The notes beneath the pieces are model-generated. The model was not told the origin of the DNA and did not search any database. It saw nothing but the letters and a program-made list of their open reading frames with translations. DNA of 64,000 bases from an uncultured Gammaproteobacteria bacterium (GTDB lineage Bacteria; Pseudomonadota; Gammaproteobacteria; Steroidobacterales; Rariloculaceae): the NCBI GenBank assembly GCA_964388365.1, contig CAYMAF010000001.1, forward strand, positions 3,526-67,525, given 5' to 3'. Of the stretch, positions 8,496 through 18,113 are shown piece after piece; within the stretch, counting starts at the first letter, position 1, and every line of letters begins with the position of its first letter. The position numbers and the translations under genes are program-made.

Positions 8496-9770
8496 TTACT
8501 CGACCAGAGCCTGCATCACGACCGACTCGAACTCGAACCACGCATCGTTGCTGTAGGTTTGAACCATCAGCAGCGCGACGAGGTTCTCCTGCGGGTCGAC
8601 CCAGAAATACGTGCCGTAGAAGCCGCTCCAGCTGAAGCTGCCCTTCGACAGGAGCGATCTGCGGGCGGCGGGATCGCTGACGACGCTGACGCCGAGGCCG
8701 AACCCTTCGCCGGGAGGACGGCTCGGATGGATGCCCGTGTTGAGGCCCGGGAGCCCTTCCTTGATGACGGGCGACCCCATGAGCTCGACGCTCCGCGGGC
8801 TCAGGATTCTCACGCCGTCGAGCTCGCCGCCGTTCGCGAGCATCATCGCGAACCGCGCGTAGGCCTCGGGGGTTCCCATCAAACCGCCGGCGCCGGAGAA
8901 ATAGACGGGGCTCGACATCGAGTCGGGGTCCGGACGCGGCTGGAAGCCGTTGGGACCGCCGATATAGGTCTTCACGAGGCGCTCGCGTTGCGCCGCATCG
9001 GGCCAGTAGGAAATATCCCGCATGCCGAGCGGCTCGAACAGCCGCTCCGCGAGAAACTCGGCGAAGCTCTGCCCCGAGACGACCTCGACGATGCGTGCGA
9101 GCACGTCGAAGCCGCCGACGGCGCTATACGCCCACTGCGAGCCGGGCTGGAAATCGAGCGGAATCTCGCCCAAGTCGTCGACCAGGCTGACGCCGACGTC
9201 CTCGCGCTTCGCATAGTGCGCTTGGCTTTCCGCGTTGCCGACGCGCCCGCTCATCAGGCCCGACGTGTGCGTCAACAGGTCGACGATCGTGATATCCCGC
9301 TCCGCCGGCACGGTGTCGTACTCGGGAGGCGGGCCGCCGAAGCCGCCGGTGCCGGTCCCCTGGTTGCGAATGACGGCGACCTTTTGCCCCGCGAAGCTCG
9401 GCAGGTACTTCGAAACCGGATCGGTGAGCTGGATGCGGCCTTCCTCGACGAGCATCAGCACCGCGACGGCGGTCACGGGCTTCGTCATCGAAGCCAGACG
9501 GAAAATCGCGTCGGTGCGCATCGGCGTGCCGGCTTCGACGTCCATCAGGCCGTGCGCCTCGAGATGCGCGATGCGCCCGTTTCTCGCGACGAGCGTCACA
9601 GCGCCCGAGAAGCTGCCCGCGTCGATATGCCGGTCGATGAGCTCGCCGATCCGCTCGAGGCGCTCGCTGGACAGCCCGACGCTCTCGGGAACGACGACTT
9701 GCGCGGCGGCCGCGAACGATGCGGCCGCGAGCACCGGCAGCGCGATCGCGCGAAACAGCTTCGTTGGCAT
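8496..9770 (-). CDS. Serine hydrolase, beta-lactamase/penicillin-binding fold (secreted)
   Basis: ORF 8496..9824. The ATG at 9770 is preceded by a GGGGGA RBS. Signal MPTKLFRAIALPVLAAASFAAAAQ. SxxK nucleophile motif in FRLASMTKPVTAVAVLMLVEEGRI. Confidence 0.85.
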   Translation of the reverse strand: MPTKLFRAIALPVLAAASFAAAAQVVVPESVGLSSERLERIGELIDRHIDAGSFSGAVTLVARNGRIAHLEAHGLMDVEAGTPMRTDAIFRLASMTKPVTAVAVLMLVEEGRIQLTDPVSKYLPSFAGQKVAVIRNQGTGTGGFGGPPPEYDTVPAERDITIVDLLTHTSGLMSGRVGNAESQAHYAKREDVGVSLVDDLGEIPLDFQPGSQWAYSAVGGFDVLARIVEVVSGQSFAEFLAERLFEPLGMRDISYWPDAAQRERLVKTYIGGPNGFQPRPDPDSMSSPVYFSGAGGLMGTPEAYARFAMMLANGGELDGVRILSPRSVELMGSPVIKEGLPGLNTGIHPSRPPGEGFGLGVSVVSDPAARRSLLSKGSFSWSGFYGTYFWVDPQENLVALLMVQTYSNDAWFEFESVVMQALVE

Positions 9771-9830
9771 TCGAACTCCCCCCTTTCTTCGAACAGATCT
9801 CTGGTGCGCGAGGCTGCGCTTCACGCTGCG

Positions 9831-10874
9831 TCAGCGCTGCTGTTGCGCACGCTCGTATCGCGACGTCTCGATATAGTTCCGCACCGCGGAGTTGCCTTCG
9901 TGGCAGGCATACTCATAGATCACGTAATCCGGATCGCGCTTCCACGGGTACGCGGCGGTCCACGGCTGGACCATCATCTCCGGGTCGTGCGTCGTGATCT
10001 CGTACTCGATCGTGTCCTCGTCGACGCGGGTGAACCGCTCGATGAGCCGCATCGATTCGCTCGTCGGAATGTTATTGCCCGGGGGCGCGCCCGGCGTCAC
10101 GACGTTCACCATCGGCGTCTGGCCGTTGAAGTTCGTCGTCTCGACGACGAGCGTGTTGCCTTCCCACCGGCCGCGCGAGTCGCCCATCCACAGCTTGATG
10201 TCGTCAGCGAGCGGCGGGCGGCCGTCGAGCGGCACGATGCGGACCTCGTGAATCATCTCGAGGCGAATCACGACGTAGCCGGGCGTCTGCCAGATCTCGA
10301 TGCCGTTGTTGTATTGCATCGGAAACATCGACGCCGGCAGACCGCGCGTGATGCAGCGGTCCCAGCTGTCGAAATCCTCGAGCGTGTCGAACGGGATATC
10401 CTGCCAGCTGCTGCCCATCGTCGCTGACTTCGCCCGGCCTGCCGCGGTGAGCGCGGGGAGCCGGCCGTTCGGCGGATCGACGATCAGCGACGCCTGGCGC
10501 TGCGGCACCTGGCCGGCTTCGGCCCAATGCCCCATTCCCATCTGATTCGACGACGTCTCTTGCTCGTAGCGGGTATTTCGCGCCTCGATCGCGGCCGCGC
10601 GTTCCGCGAACTCCTCGTCGGTCAGATAAGCGCGGGTGCCGAGCTCGACGGGGCGCTCGAGCGGCGTCAGCGTCATGTGCCGGATCGGCCAGCGTCCTTG
10701 CAGGTCGGGATCGCCCCAGGGCGTCGTCGGATGTGCCCACTCGCCGCCGTCCTGCGCCGCGGCGCCCGCCGGCAGCCCCGCGGCGCCGACGCCGATCGCG
10801 AGCGCGCCGGCCATCACGGCTCGTCGCAGCGTATCGGTGGCTCGCGCGGATTCCCGTCGAATCGCCTCCCGCAT
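9831..10874 (-). CDS. Secreted hypothetical protein, long form of the family repeated in this window
   Basis: ORF 9831..10892. The ATG at 10874 has AAGGAG 8 nt upstream. Twin-arginine-like leader DTLRRAVMAGALAIGVGAAGLPAGAAA. Collinear with 28650..30104 through TPWGDPDLQG, QRQxSLIVDPPNGxLP, DFDSWDRCxTRG, IWQTPGYVV, EMIHExRI, SRGxWxGxTLVVETTN and YACHEGN. Confidence 0.8.
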   Translation of the reverse strand: MREAIRRESARATDTLRRAVMAGALAIGVGAAGLPAGAAAQDGGEWAHPTTPWGDPDLQGRWPIRHMTLTPLERPVELGTRAYLTDEEFAERAAAIEARNTRYEQETSSNQMGMGHWAEAGQVPQRQASLIVDPPNGRLPALTAAGRAKSATMGSSWQDIPFDTLEDFDSWDRCITRGLPASMFPMQYNNGIEIWQTPGYVVIRLEMIHEVRIVPLDGRPPLADDIKLWMGDSRGRWEGNTLVVETTNFNGQTPMVNVVTPGAPPGNNIPTSESMRLIERFTRVDEDTIEYEITTHDPEMMVQPWTAAYPWKRDPDYVIYEYACHEGNSAVRNYIETSRYERAQQQR

Positions 10875-11012
10875 ATCGATCGCTCCTTGCATCGTTCACG
10901 CTCGTCCGCGGGCGTAGAGCTTAGCAACCGATCGCCGGAAGGGTCCACCTCGGCCGACCGAAGCGCTCGTGAGCGCTGCGGCGGAGCGGCCGCGCTCCGA
11001 CGGCTTCGATCT

Positions 11013-12212
11013 TCACGTGCGCGAAGGCTCGAGCGGTTCGACGGCGTGCGAGCGCCGGCGGCGTAGCATCGGCCGGATCAGGCGACGGTACGCAAGCGCG
11101 AGGCCCGTCCAAACCATGATCGCCGAGACCGCCGAGACCGCTCCGGCGACGGTCTGACCGACAACGCCGAGCGCCTCGCCGGTATGCATAAACCGAACCC
11201 AGCTGCGCGCGCGGCGCGCCGGTGACAGGCTCGAGAAAGGCTCCCAAGCCAGGACTTCGCCGTTTGCGGCATCGAGCGTGAGCGTGTGCCTTCGCTGCGG
11301 CTGGCGGCCGTTGCCCTGATCGATCGTGAACACGATGCCTCGCGCTTCGGTCGCGCGGCCGCCGGGCAGCTGCAGCGTGATGTCGTTCCATCGCTCGTGC
11401 TGTCGCGCGGCGATATCGAGCAGCGCGTCGAGCGAAAGGCGCTGCGTTCGGCCGGCGGAAGACATCGCCGGCTTGGTGTCGGGGCTCGGCGGCGTCGCCG
11501 GCCTGCGTCCGGCGCGCGCCGCTGGCGGCGTCTCGCCGAAGCTGCGGTAGAGCAGGTCGTTCACCCAGCGGTAGGAGAACACCGTCGCCGTCGCGACGAC
11601 GACCGTGAGCGGCAGCGCGATCCAAATGCCGAAGACGTGATGCCAATTGAAGTCCCGCGCATGAGACGTGCGCGGCCGCGTATCGAGAAGCAGCCTGGCT
11701 TTCAGCATCGGCCACCTCATCACGCGCGGCAGCCACAGATAGAGGCCGGACAGGATCAGGAACAGGAACGCGAGGTTGCTTGCGCCGGTGATCGCACGCC
11801 AGATTCGGCGGTTCTCTCCTTCGGCGTTGAACCAGCGGTGCCAGCCCGTGACGCTGCGGAAGAAGGCCTCGAGCTCGGTCGCGCCTTCGCCGAGCACCTC
11901 GCCGGTGTAACGATTCACGAAAAGCGCGCCGCTGCGCCCGGCCGCGAGCTTAGCCGGCGCGGCCGGATCGCTTTTGATCGAAACGCTCGTCGGGGCGAAA
12001 TCTGGCCGCTCGAGACGAGCGGCCGAGATCAGCGCTTCGATCGGCCGGGTCGCCGCGCCGGGCTCGGGATCGGCATAGAGGCTTCGATTCGCCCAATCGA
12101 TGATCTGACGCTCGTACGTCAGCGCCACGCCGGTCACGGACATCATCAGGATCACGAGCCCGGCCGCGACGCCGCTGCCGAGATGGAGCCAGAAAAGCAT
12201 TCTACGGATCAT
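11013..12212 (-). CDS. PepSY-associated TM helix protein (PiuB/FoxB-like; putative siderophore-iron reductase type)
   Basis: MIRRMLFWLHLGSGVAAGLVILMMSVTGVALTYERQIIDW, plus a later WHRWFN...LSGLYLWLPR and a C-terminal HTGEALGVVGQTVAGAVSAVSAIMVWTG. It lies 43 nt downstream of a TonB-dependent receptor on the same strand. Confidence 0.85.
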   Translation of the reverse strand: MIRRMLFWLHLGSGVAAGLVILMMSVTGVALTYERQIIDWANRSLYADPEPGAATRPIEALISAARLERPDFAPTSVSIKSDPAAPAKLAAGRSGALFVNRYTGEVLGEGATELEAFFRSVTGWHRWFNAEGENRRIWRAITGASNLAFLFLILSGLYLWLPRVMRWPMLKARLLLDTRPRTSHARDFNWHHVFGIWIALPLTVVVATATVFSYRWVNDLLYRSFGETPPAARAGRRPATPPSPDTKPAMSSAGRTQRLSLDALLDIAARQHERWNDITLQLPGGRATEARGIVFTIDQGNGRQPQRRHTLTLDAANGEVLAWEPFSSLSPARRARSWVRFMHTGEALGVVGQTVAGAVSAVSAIMVWTGLALAYRRLIRPMLRRRRSHAVEPLEPSRT

Positions 12213-12255
12213 GGGATTCCCCGATTGCCGAGCGAAGCGGGTCGCGGCGCGGCCG

Positions 12256-14676
12256 TCAGAACGACGCGTTCAGGCTCAGCCAGAAGTTGCGCGCCTTGTC
12301 CTTGTTGTTGTAGTCGTCGAGATACGAAGGCGTGTAGGTCCCGTCTCCGTTGTCCGTGAAGACCGTCTGGAAGCTCGTGAAATCCTGATCGAGCAGATTG
12401 TTGACGCGCGCCGCGACGCGTAGCTTGTCGCTGATCCGATATTGCATGCCGAGGTGCAGCACCTCGTACGGCTCGTAGTACCGCGGGTTGCCGTCGTCGT
12501 CTACGCTGCCGCGATAGCGGCGCGAGCGCATTTCGCCTTGTAGCTGCATCGACAGCTTCTCGGTGATCGTCCAGTCGAGCGTCGCGTTCAGCATGTGCTT
12601 CGCCGATTGCGTCAGCGGCAAGCCGATCTCGTTGCCGCTGCGGCGCTCGCTGTCGGTATACGTGTAGTTCGCCCGCAGCGCTAACGCATCGCTGATCCAG
12701 TAGCGTCCCGCGAGCTCGACGCCCTGGATGCGTGCCTCATCGATATTGACGTACTGATTGACGTTTCCGGTGCCGAGCACGGCCCAGTACTCGCCGAGAT
12801 TCACGCACGGGCGCACGCCGCCGGTCTCCGTGCAGCTCCGGCTGACCTCGGAGCGCTCGATCTTGTCCCGAAAGTCGTTGTGGAAAACCGTGACGTTGAA
12901 CTGATGCCCGCGCGGCGCGTTCCAATAGGCCGCAATCTCGCTGTTGACGCTCTTCTCGGGCTCGAGATACGGGTTGCCCGCCCACGGAATCGTGCCCTGA
13001 CCGCCGAACCCGGTGATGCCGTCGTAAAGATCGGTGGTTTTAGGGGGCTTGTAGCCGGTGCTGATGCCGCCCTTCACGGTCCACGCGGAGCTGAGCTGGT
13101 AGACCGCGTAGGCGCGAGGACTGACGTGCCCGCCGAAGAGATTGTGATCGTCATGACGGACGCCGAATGTCAGCGTGAGCCTCTCCGTGGGCCGATAGTT
13201 GTCCTCGACGAACAGGGACCGCATCTCGTGCGTCTGCACGGTGCCGTTGCCGTATCCGCCGCGTTCCATGCCGAAGACACCGTCCTCGAGCTCGCCGTCG
13301 ATGAGCTGCCCGCCGACGATGAGGCGATGTTTGTCGTCCCGCAGCGGGATATCCAGCTTCGCGTCGAGCGTGTACTGCGCGCTTTGCATCGTTCGCTTCG
13401 GCCGCGGCAGGAATGCCGCTTCGGCTGCGGCCTGGCGTTGCGCGACGTCGAGCCCTGCATACGGCCCCGTCCCGTCGTACATCGCCTGCAGCAGCCTCCG
13501 CTCTTCGACCGAGAACGGAAGCGTACGCCCGTGGTTGTCGGTCTCAATGTGAGTTAGGGATACGAGACTCTCGCCGAAGCTCCATTGGCCTTTGTGCGTG
13601 ATCGACCACTGCTCGCGAGTGAAACGCTGCTCGGCGCGATAACCGACGCGCGGAGCGACGAGCCCGCCTTGCGCGCGCCAGATCGTCGCGATGCTGTCGA
13701 CCGTGCCGAGCGGATACGCTTCGCTGCCGAGGTTGTTCGTGAACGGTGTGTTGTCGTATTCCTGCCGCGAGTCGTCGATTTCGAACGTGAACCTTTGCAT
13801 GTCGGTCGCTTGGAAAGTCAACGTGGCACCGTACGATTCGTTCACGTTGTCGACGGTCTTGCCGCCGCCGCCGAAGCCGAGAGCACGCTCGTGCGGCTGA
13901 CCGGATGGATCGTAGACGACGTCGTACTCGGGCTGAGACGCGTTGCGCTCGTAACGTGAGCCGCGCAGCGCGATGCCTAGGCGATTCGCGACGAGCGGGC
14001 CCGTCAGCGAGAAGTCGAACGTCGTGTCGGCGCCGAACACGTCGTTCTCCTGGTCGCTGTGCGCGATCGTCGTCGAACCGTGCCACCGGTCGCCGACGCC
14101 GCGTGTGATGACGTTGATCACGCCGCCGAGCGCGTCGGCGCCGTACAGCGTGGACGCGGGGCCGCGGATGATCTCGATGCGCTCGATCGCGTCGAGGGGC
14201 GGGATGTGGTTGAACTGGTTACCCCCGAACGCATTCGGGTATATGTCGCCGTGATTGTTCTGGCGGCGGCCGTCGATCAGGAGCAGCGTGTAATCGGCGC
14301 CCATGCCGCGCATGCTGATCGTCCGCTGGCCGGTCTTGTCCGAGGTCTCGCCGATGTCGACCCCTTCGAGGTCGCGAACCGCATCGGTCAGCGTCAAGTA
14401 CGGCCGCTGCCGCAGATACTCGCCGGAGACGAGGCTGATGCTCGCCGGTGCGTCGGTCACCTTCTGCTCGAAGCCAGAAGCGGTCACGACGATTTCCTCC
14501 ATCGCCGGCTCGCCGTGACGAGACCTCGAGCCGTCGCCCGAGTCGGCGAGGGCCGGAGCGCTTGCTCCGATCGCTGCCGTGCAGACGAGAACGGCGATCG
14601 AAGATCGGCGGGCGAGAAGTACGGAGCGCTTCACGGTCGACAGAGCCGCGAGGCGCGAAGAGGAGTCCTGTTTCAT
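12256..14676 (-). CDS. TonB-dependent receptor (siderophore-type)
   Basis: ORF 12256..14862. The ATG at 14676 gives MKQDSSSRLAALSTVKRSVLLARRSSIAVLVCTAAIGASAPALA. Plug motifs EEIVVTASGFEQKVTDAPASISLV and IEIIRGPASTLYGADALGGVINVIT. The protein ends in LSLNASF. Confidence 0.9.
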   Translation of the reverse strand: MKQDSSSRLAALSTVKRSVLLARRSSIAVLVCTAAIGASAPALADSGDGSRSRHGEPAMEEIVVTASGFEQKVTDAPASISLVSGEYLRQRPYLTLTDAVRDLEGVDIGETSDKTGQRTISMRGMGADYTLLLIDGRRQNNHGDIYPNAFGGNQFNHIPPLDAIERIEIIRGPASTLYGADALGGVINVITRGVGDRWHGSTTIAHSDQENDVFGADTTFDFSLTGPLVANRLGIALRGSRYERNASQPEYDVVYDPSGQPHERALGFGGGGKTVDNVNESYGATLTFQATDMQRFTFEIDDSRQEYDNTPFTNNLGSEAYPLGTVDSIATIWRAQGGLVAPRVGYRAEQRFTREQWSITHKGQWSFGESLVSLTHIETDNHGRTLPFSVEERRLLQAMYDGTGPYAGLDVAQRQAAAEAAFLPRPKRTMQSAQYTLDAKLDIPLRDDKHRLIVGGQLIDGELEDGVFGMERGGYGNGTVQTHEMRSLFVEDNYRPTERLTLTFGVRHDDHNLFGGHVSPRAYAVYQLSSAWTVKGGISTGYKPPKTTDLYDGITGFGGQGTIPWAGNPYLEPEKSVNSEIAAYWNAPRGHQFNVTVFHNDFRDKIERSEVSRSCTETGGVRPCVNLGEYWAVLGTGNVNQYVNIDEARIQGVELAGRYWISDALALRANYTYTDSERRSGNEIGLPLTQSAKHMLNATLDWTITEKLSMQLQGEMRSRRYRGSVDDDGNPRYYEPYEVLHLGMQYRISDKLRVAARVNNLLDQDFTSFQTVFTDNGDGTYTPSYLDDYNNKDKARNFWLSLNASF

Positions 14677-14752
14677 GGGCGATCTGCCTTCTCGATCTGG
14701 TTGATCTGCGGCCGAGTGACCGGTCTTGCCCACCGGGTCGGCGAGCGAAAGT

Positions 14753-14793
14753 GTAATGAGAGCGATTTGCATTCGCAAATGAGAGTCGATCGC
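14753..14793 (-). promoter_or_regulatory. Two Fur-box-like direct repeats (AATGAGAG[T]CGAT) upstream of the receptor/PepSY operon
   Basis: aatgagagcgat (14755-14766) and aatgagagtcgat (14778-14790) flank the small palindrome ttgcattcgcaa. By hand alignment each 19-mer matches GATAATGATAATCATTATC at about 11 of 19 positions. The site is 77-117 nt upstream of the ATG at 14676. Confidence 0.4.
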
Positions 14794-15233
14794 GATATGG
14801 GTCGAGGGAAACGGCCCGGCTCCGGAGCCGCACGGCGACGACGCGAACGTGCTTCGGGGCACGGCCGCTTCGGTCGAAGGTCATGGGCTACGGCGGGATG
14901 CCGGTTGACCACGCGAACGAGCCCGGCTCGAGCTCGATCCCGAGATCGAGCCGCGCGGTCGTGACGGAGACGCATCCGCGAGCGGCACGGCAACCTGCTC
15001 GTCGGCACGTTGAAAGCGGCGGAGCTTTATCGCATGGTCTGCGCCGCGATCGCGTCGTGCATAGGGAGGCGCGCATCGAGGGTCTCGGCCGTGGCCGCGA
15101 TGCCGAGACCGGTATTGACGGCTACGTGTGCCTGTTTGCTCGAGCATGCTTCGGGCGCAGGATTGTGCGGCTCGTGTGCGCGCGGAAAGCGGTTCGACCC
15201 CGAGCGGCGCGCGCGACCACAGGCGGAGAACGG

Positions 15234-15827
15234 ATGGAAATGTCGAAGCAGCCTATCGATTCGCGCTATGTCCTGATCGTCATCGACATGCTCGAGGACT
15301 TTTTCGAGCCGCCGAGCGGCCTCGCGAATCTACGCGCGAATCTCGTCGCGCGGACCAACGAGCTCGTCGGCGCGTTTCGCCGCGCGGGGCATCCGATCGT
15401 CTGGGTCCGCCAGGAGTTTCGCCCGGACTTGGAGGACGCATTCCTCGACATGCGGCGGCGGCAGCGGCGCGTCACGATCGCCGGCACGAAAGGGGCGGAG
15501 ATCCTGTCGGAGCTCGAGCGCCGTGAAGCCGATCCCGTGATCGTGAAGAAGCGCTACAGCGCGTTCTTCGGGACGCCGCTCGAGTCGATGCTCGCCGATT
15601 GGCAGCCGCGGACGATCGTCGCCGCCGGCGTGAACACGCACGCGTGCGTCCGCACGACGGTGATCGATGCGTATCAGCGGGACTACGACGTCGTCGTCGC
15701 GGACGAGGCGGTCGCGTCTTACGACCGGGAGTACCACGAGGTGTCGAAGCGCTATCTCGACGGCGGAATCACGCGGTTTCTGTCGAATGCCGCGATCTCG
15801 GCGATGCTCGATCGCGGCGCGGCGTGA
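15234..15827 (+). CDS. Isochorismatase-family cysteine hydrolase
   Basis: In frame within ORF 14883..15827. The ATG at 15234 follows GGAGA. Motifs: YVLIVIDMLEDFF, KKRYSAFFGTPLESML, and the catalytic Cys context VAAGVNTHACVRTTVIDAY. Confidence 0.85.
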   Translation: MEMSKQPIDSRYVLIVIDMLEDFFEPPSGLANLRANLVARTNELVGAFRRAGHPIVWVRQEFRPDLEDAFLDMRRRQRRVTIAGTKGAEILSELERREADPVIVKKRYSAFFGTPLESMLADWQPRTIVAAGVNTHACVRTTVIDAYQRDYDVVVADEAVASYDREYHEVSKRYLDGGITRFLSNAAISAMLDRGAA

Positions 15828-15892
15828 CGTCGCGGCCGAGGCGCGAAGCGCGCCGCCGGCGAGGAACCCGCGCGCCGGGATGCCGTTTCCCG

Positions 15893-16363
15893 CTACGCCG
15901 TGCCGGCCGCCGAGGCTTCGGGCTCGCGGTAATACCGTTGTCCCTTGTCGAGCACGCGGCCGTTGTAGCTCGCGACGCCGAGCTCGAGGCTTCGGGCGAT
16001 CCGTCTCGCGCGCGTGACGAAGTGCTCGGCCGCCGCGGGCGGGCAGACCTCGTAGGCGGTTTCCTCGAAAAGCGCGAGCCAGCGGTCGAAATGCAGAGCG
16101 TCGACGGGCAAGGGCGCGTGCTTTTGCATCGGGCTGCCGTGGTACGCGCCCGACATCAGTGCGACGGAAGACCAGAACACGCACATCCGCCCGAGATGAG
16201 CATCCCAGTCCGCGATGCGCGCGTCGAAGATCGGGCCGAGCAGATCGTCCTCGCGAACCTTCGCGTAGAACGAGTGCACGAGGCGCTCGATCATCGCCGC
16301 GTCGATGCCCGTTCGCGCGATGATGTCCGCGACGATCTTGCTGCGCCGCTCGGATATCGGCAT
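15893..16363 (-). CDS. Group III truncated hemoglobin
   Basis: In frame within ORF 15893..16558. The ATG at 16363 gives MPISERRSKIV. Family-typical IERLVHSFYAKVREDDLLGPIF, WDAHLGRMCVFWSSVALMSGAYHGSPMQKHAPLP and FDRWLALFEETA. Confidence 0.85.
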   Translation of the reverse strand: MPISERRSKIVADIIARTGIDAAMIERLVHSFYAKVREDDLLGPIFDARIADWDAHLGRMCVFWSSVALMSGAYHGSPMQKHAPLPVDALHFDRWLALFEETAYEVCPPAAAEHFVTRARRIARSLELGVASYNGRVLDKGQRYYREPEASAAGTA

Positions 16364-16564
16364 CGGATCCTCCGGATAGACTCGGGCCACTCTACCGCGT
16401 CGCCGGGCGGCGGTTAAGCGCGTCGACGTTCGGGAAATACGCATTTCCGGGCGGCGCCCGAGAACCGGATTCGGACCCGGCACGCGTGGCCGCGCTTTTG
16501 GCCGTATCCTCGCGGGCCGATATGGGGGCCGCTTCCGGCGGCCTTCGTTACGCCTCATCGGGCT

Positions 16565-17440
16565 CTAATTGGCCGCCGGCTCGGCGGCCGCGGGCGCGCT
16601 CAGCGTCTTGCGCCGCCCGACCATCGCGCCGAGCACCGCGGCCGCGAGCGACAGCACGAGCGCGGCGAACGTGATCCACGCGGCGGCGCTCGCCTCCGGC
16701 TGAATCTGCTCGGCGCGCGCGGCGAGCGCGCCGCTCGAGCGCGCCTGCTGCATCAGCTGCGCGGCGCCTTCGCGTGCTGCCTCGGCGGCCCTGACCGGAT
16801 CGTCCGCGTTCGCCTCGACATTCTGCGCCGTCCGTTCGAGCGTCGCCCGGACCTCGCTCTGCGGCAGGCCGGTCACCGACGCGATCCGCGCGGCCGTCTC
16901 GGAGTCCCTGAGGCGCTCGGCGATCTGCTGCGCCGTGCCGGAGGTGTCGATACCGACTCCGCCGCCCTGCGCTTGGACGGCTTGGCCGAGCGTCTCGGTC
17001 GCGCCGCCGACGACGCGGAACGCGCCGCCCGCAAGCGTCGTGACGCCGCTCGTCGCGAAATAGGCCATGAGCAGCACGCTGACGACCCAGACGAGCGCGC
17101 CTTCGAAAAAGCTCGTGGACCGGTCGGTGATCGCGCTGACACGCGTCGCGGTCAGCCCGCCGACGAACAGCGCGACGAGCAGCGAGACCGCACCCCAGAT
17201 CCCGGCGCCCGTCCCGAGCGTCGCCGCTTCGGTTTCGCCCGGCTCGACGGCCGAGATGCCGACGGCGAGCCCGAGTGACGTCAGCAGCATCAGCAGTCCG
17301 AGCGCGACGAGCACGCCTCCGAATATGCCGCCCCACGAGACCTTCATGCCGTCGGCTCGTGCGAACGGCGAAGGCCAGCCGCGGCGACGCTCGTGGTAGC
17401 GGCGCTCTTGCATGGGTCTTTGCTCGGCGACGGTAGCCAT
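16565..17440 (-). CDS. Hypothetical integral membrane protein
   Basis: Several G/A/L/V-rich TM segments (WGGIFGGVLVALGLLMLLTSLGLAV, IWGAVSLLVALFVGGL, ALVWVVSVLLMAYF, AAWITFAALVLSLAAAVLGAMVG) plus a helical soluble region. No family recognised. The alternative frames are Arg-rich shadows. Confidence 0.55.
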   Translation of the reverse strand: MATVAEQRPMQERRYHERRRGWPSPFARADGMKVSWGGIFGGVLVALGLLMLLTSLGLAVGISAVEPGETEAATLGTGAGIWGAVSLLVALFVGGLTATRVSAITDRSTSFFEGALVWVVSVLLMAYFATSGVTTLAGGAFRVVGGATETLGQAVQAQGGGVGIDTSGTAQQIAERLRDSETAARIASVTGLPQSEVRATLERTAQNVEANADDPVRAAEAAREGAAQLMQQARSSGALAARAEQIQPEASAAAWITFAALVLSLAAAVLGAMVGRRKTLSAPAAAEPAAN

Positions 17441-17518
17441 GGCTATCTCCCTGATTCAAAGGCCTGAACCAGGTTGGCGATGCAAGGGCCATGCCGTTCG
17501 ACGGTCGCGAAGCGGCCG

Positions 17519-17923
17519 CTACCGTCCGCGCATCATCCTGTCGATCACGTGGTACGGCATGCGGTCGAGCAGCAGCCGCTCCGCGCGCTCCTGCTCGTCG
17601 CGCAGCGCGAGCTCGCGCGCATAATCGAGATCCGATCGAAAGAGCTCTTCCTGCATCTGCGCTTCGGCAGGCGACAGCGGCTCCTCGCAGACGGTGCGGC
17701 GGATATGCGTCCCGGTGACCCTCGTTTCGCGGCAGACGGGCTCGGGATCCGCGGCCGGCTTCGGGGCGATCTCGATGACATCGGCGACGTCGCCGTCGAA
17801 CGGCATTGCACGCGCCGCCGGGGCGGGACTCAACGAGGCGTGGAGGGGCGGCGTGGAGTGGGGGGCGGCGCATGCGGCCAGCGCGATGGCGGCCGCCGGA
17901 CAGGACAATCGTGTGACGTTCAC
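17519..17923 (-). CDS. Hypothetical lipoprotein
   Basis: Within ORF 17519..18058. The GTG at 17923 gives VNVTRLSCPAAAIALAACAAP with a lipobox LAAC. The C-terminal part (CRETRVTGTHIRRTVC, EELFRSDLDYARELALRDEQE) looks like genuine protein. The start is uncertain. Confidence 0.45.
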   Translation of the reverse strand: MNVTRLSCPAAAIALAACAAPHSTPPLHASLSPAPAARAMPFDGDVADVIEIAPKPAADPEPVCRETRVTGTHIRRTVCEEPLSPAEAQMQEELFRSDLDYARELALRDEQERAERLLLDRMPYHVIDRMMRGR

Positions 17924-18113
17924 AGCGCCTCCTATTGCAACGAACGGCGTTGCCTCGGGCCGAGTGCGCGGAAAAGGCTCGAGATCGAGAGTGTCGCGTA
18001 GTTTGCGTCTCGGGGGAAGCCGGGGGCGTTTACGGTCTCCGCCGATGCGGCGCTGCATCCTCCGAGCGCCGCCGGTCGGCGTCTTACGAGCGCTGTCGGC
18101 GATGCTCGGGCTC

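Noticed and set aside
7218-10427. 1069-aa ORF on the plus strand
   Set aside because: It is Arg/Ala/Pro/Gly-rich with no motifs. It lies antisense or out of frame to four well-supported genes (Usp, beta-lactamase-fold hydrolase, family paralog). This is the typical stop-poor shadow frame of about 70% GC DNA.
14881-15233. Possible gene remnant in the 557-bp gap (minus-strand frame reading VNTGLGIAATAETLDARLPMHDAIAAQTMR-stop)
   Set aside because: The protein-like run is only about 30 codons with no start codon, and upstream translation is not protein-like. That is insufficient to call a pseudogene.
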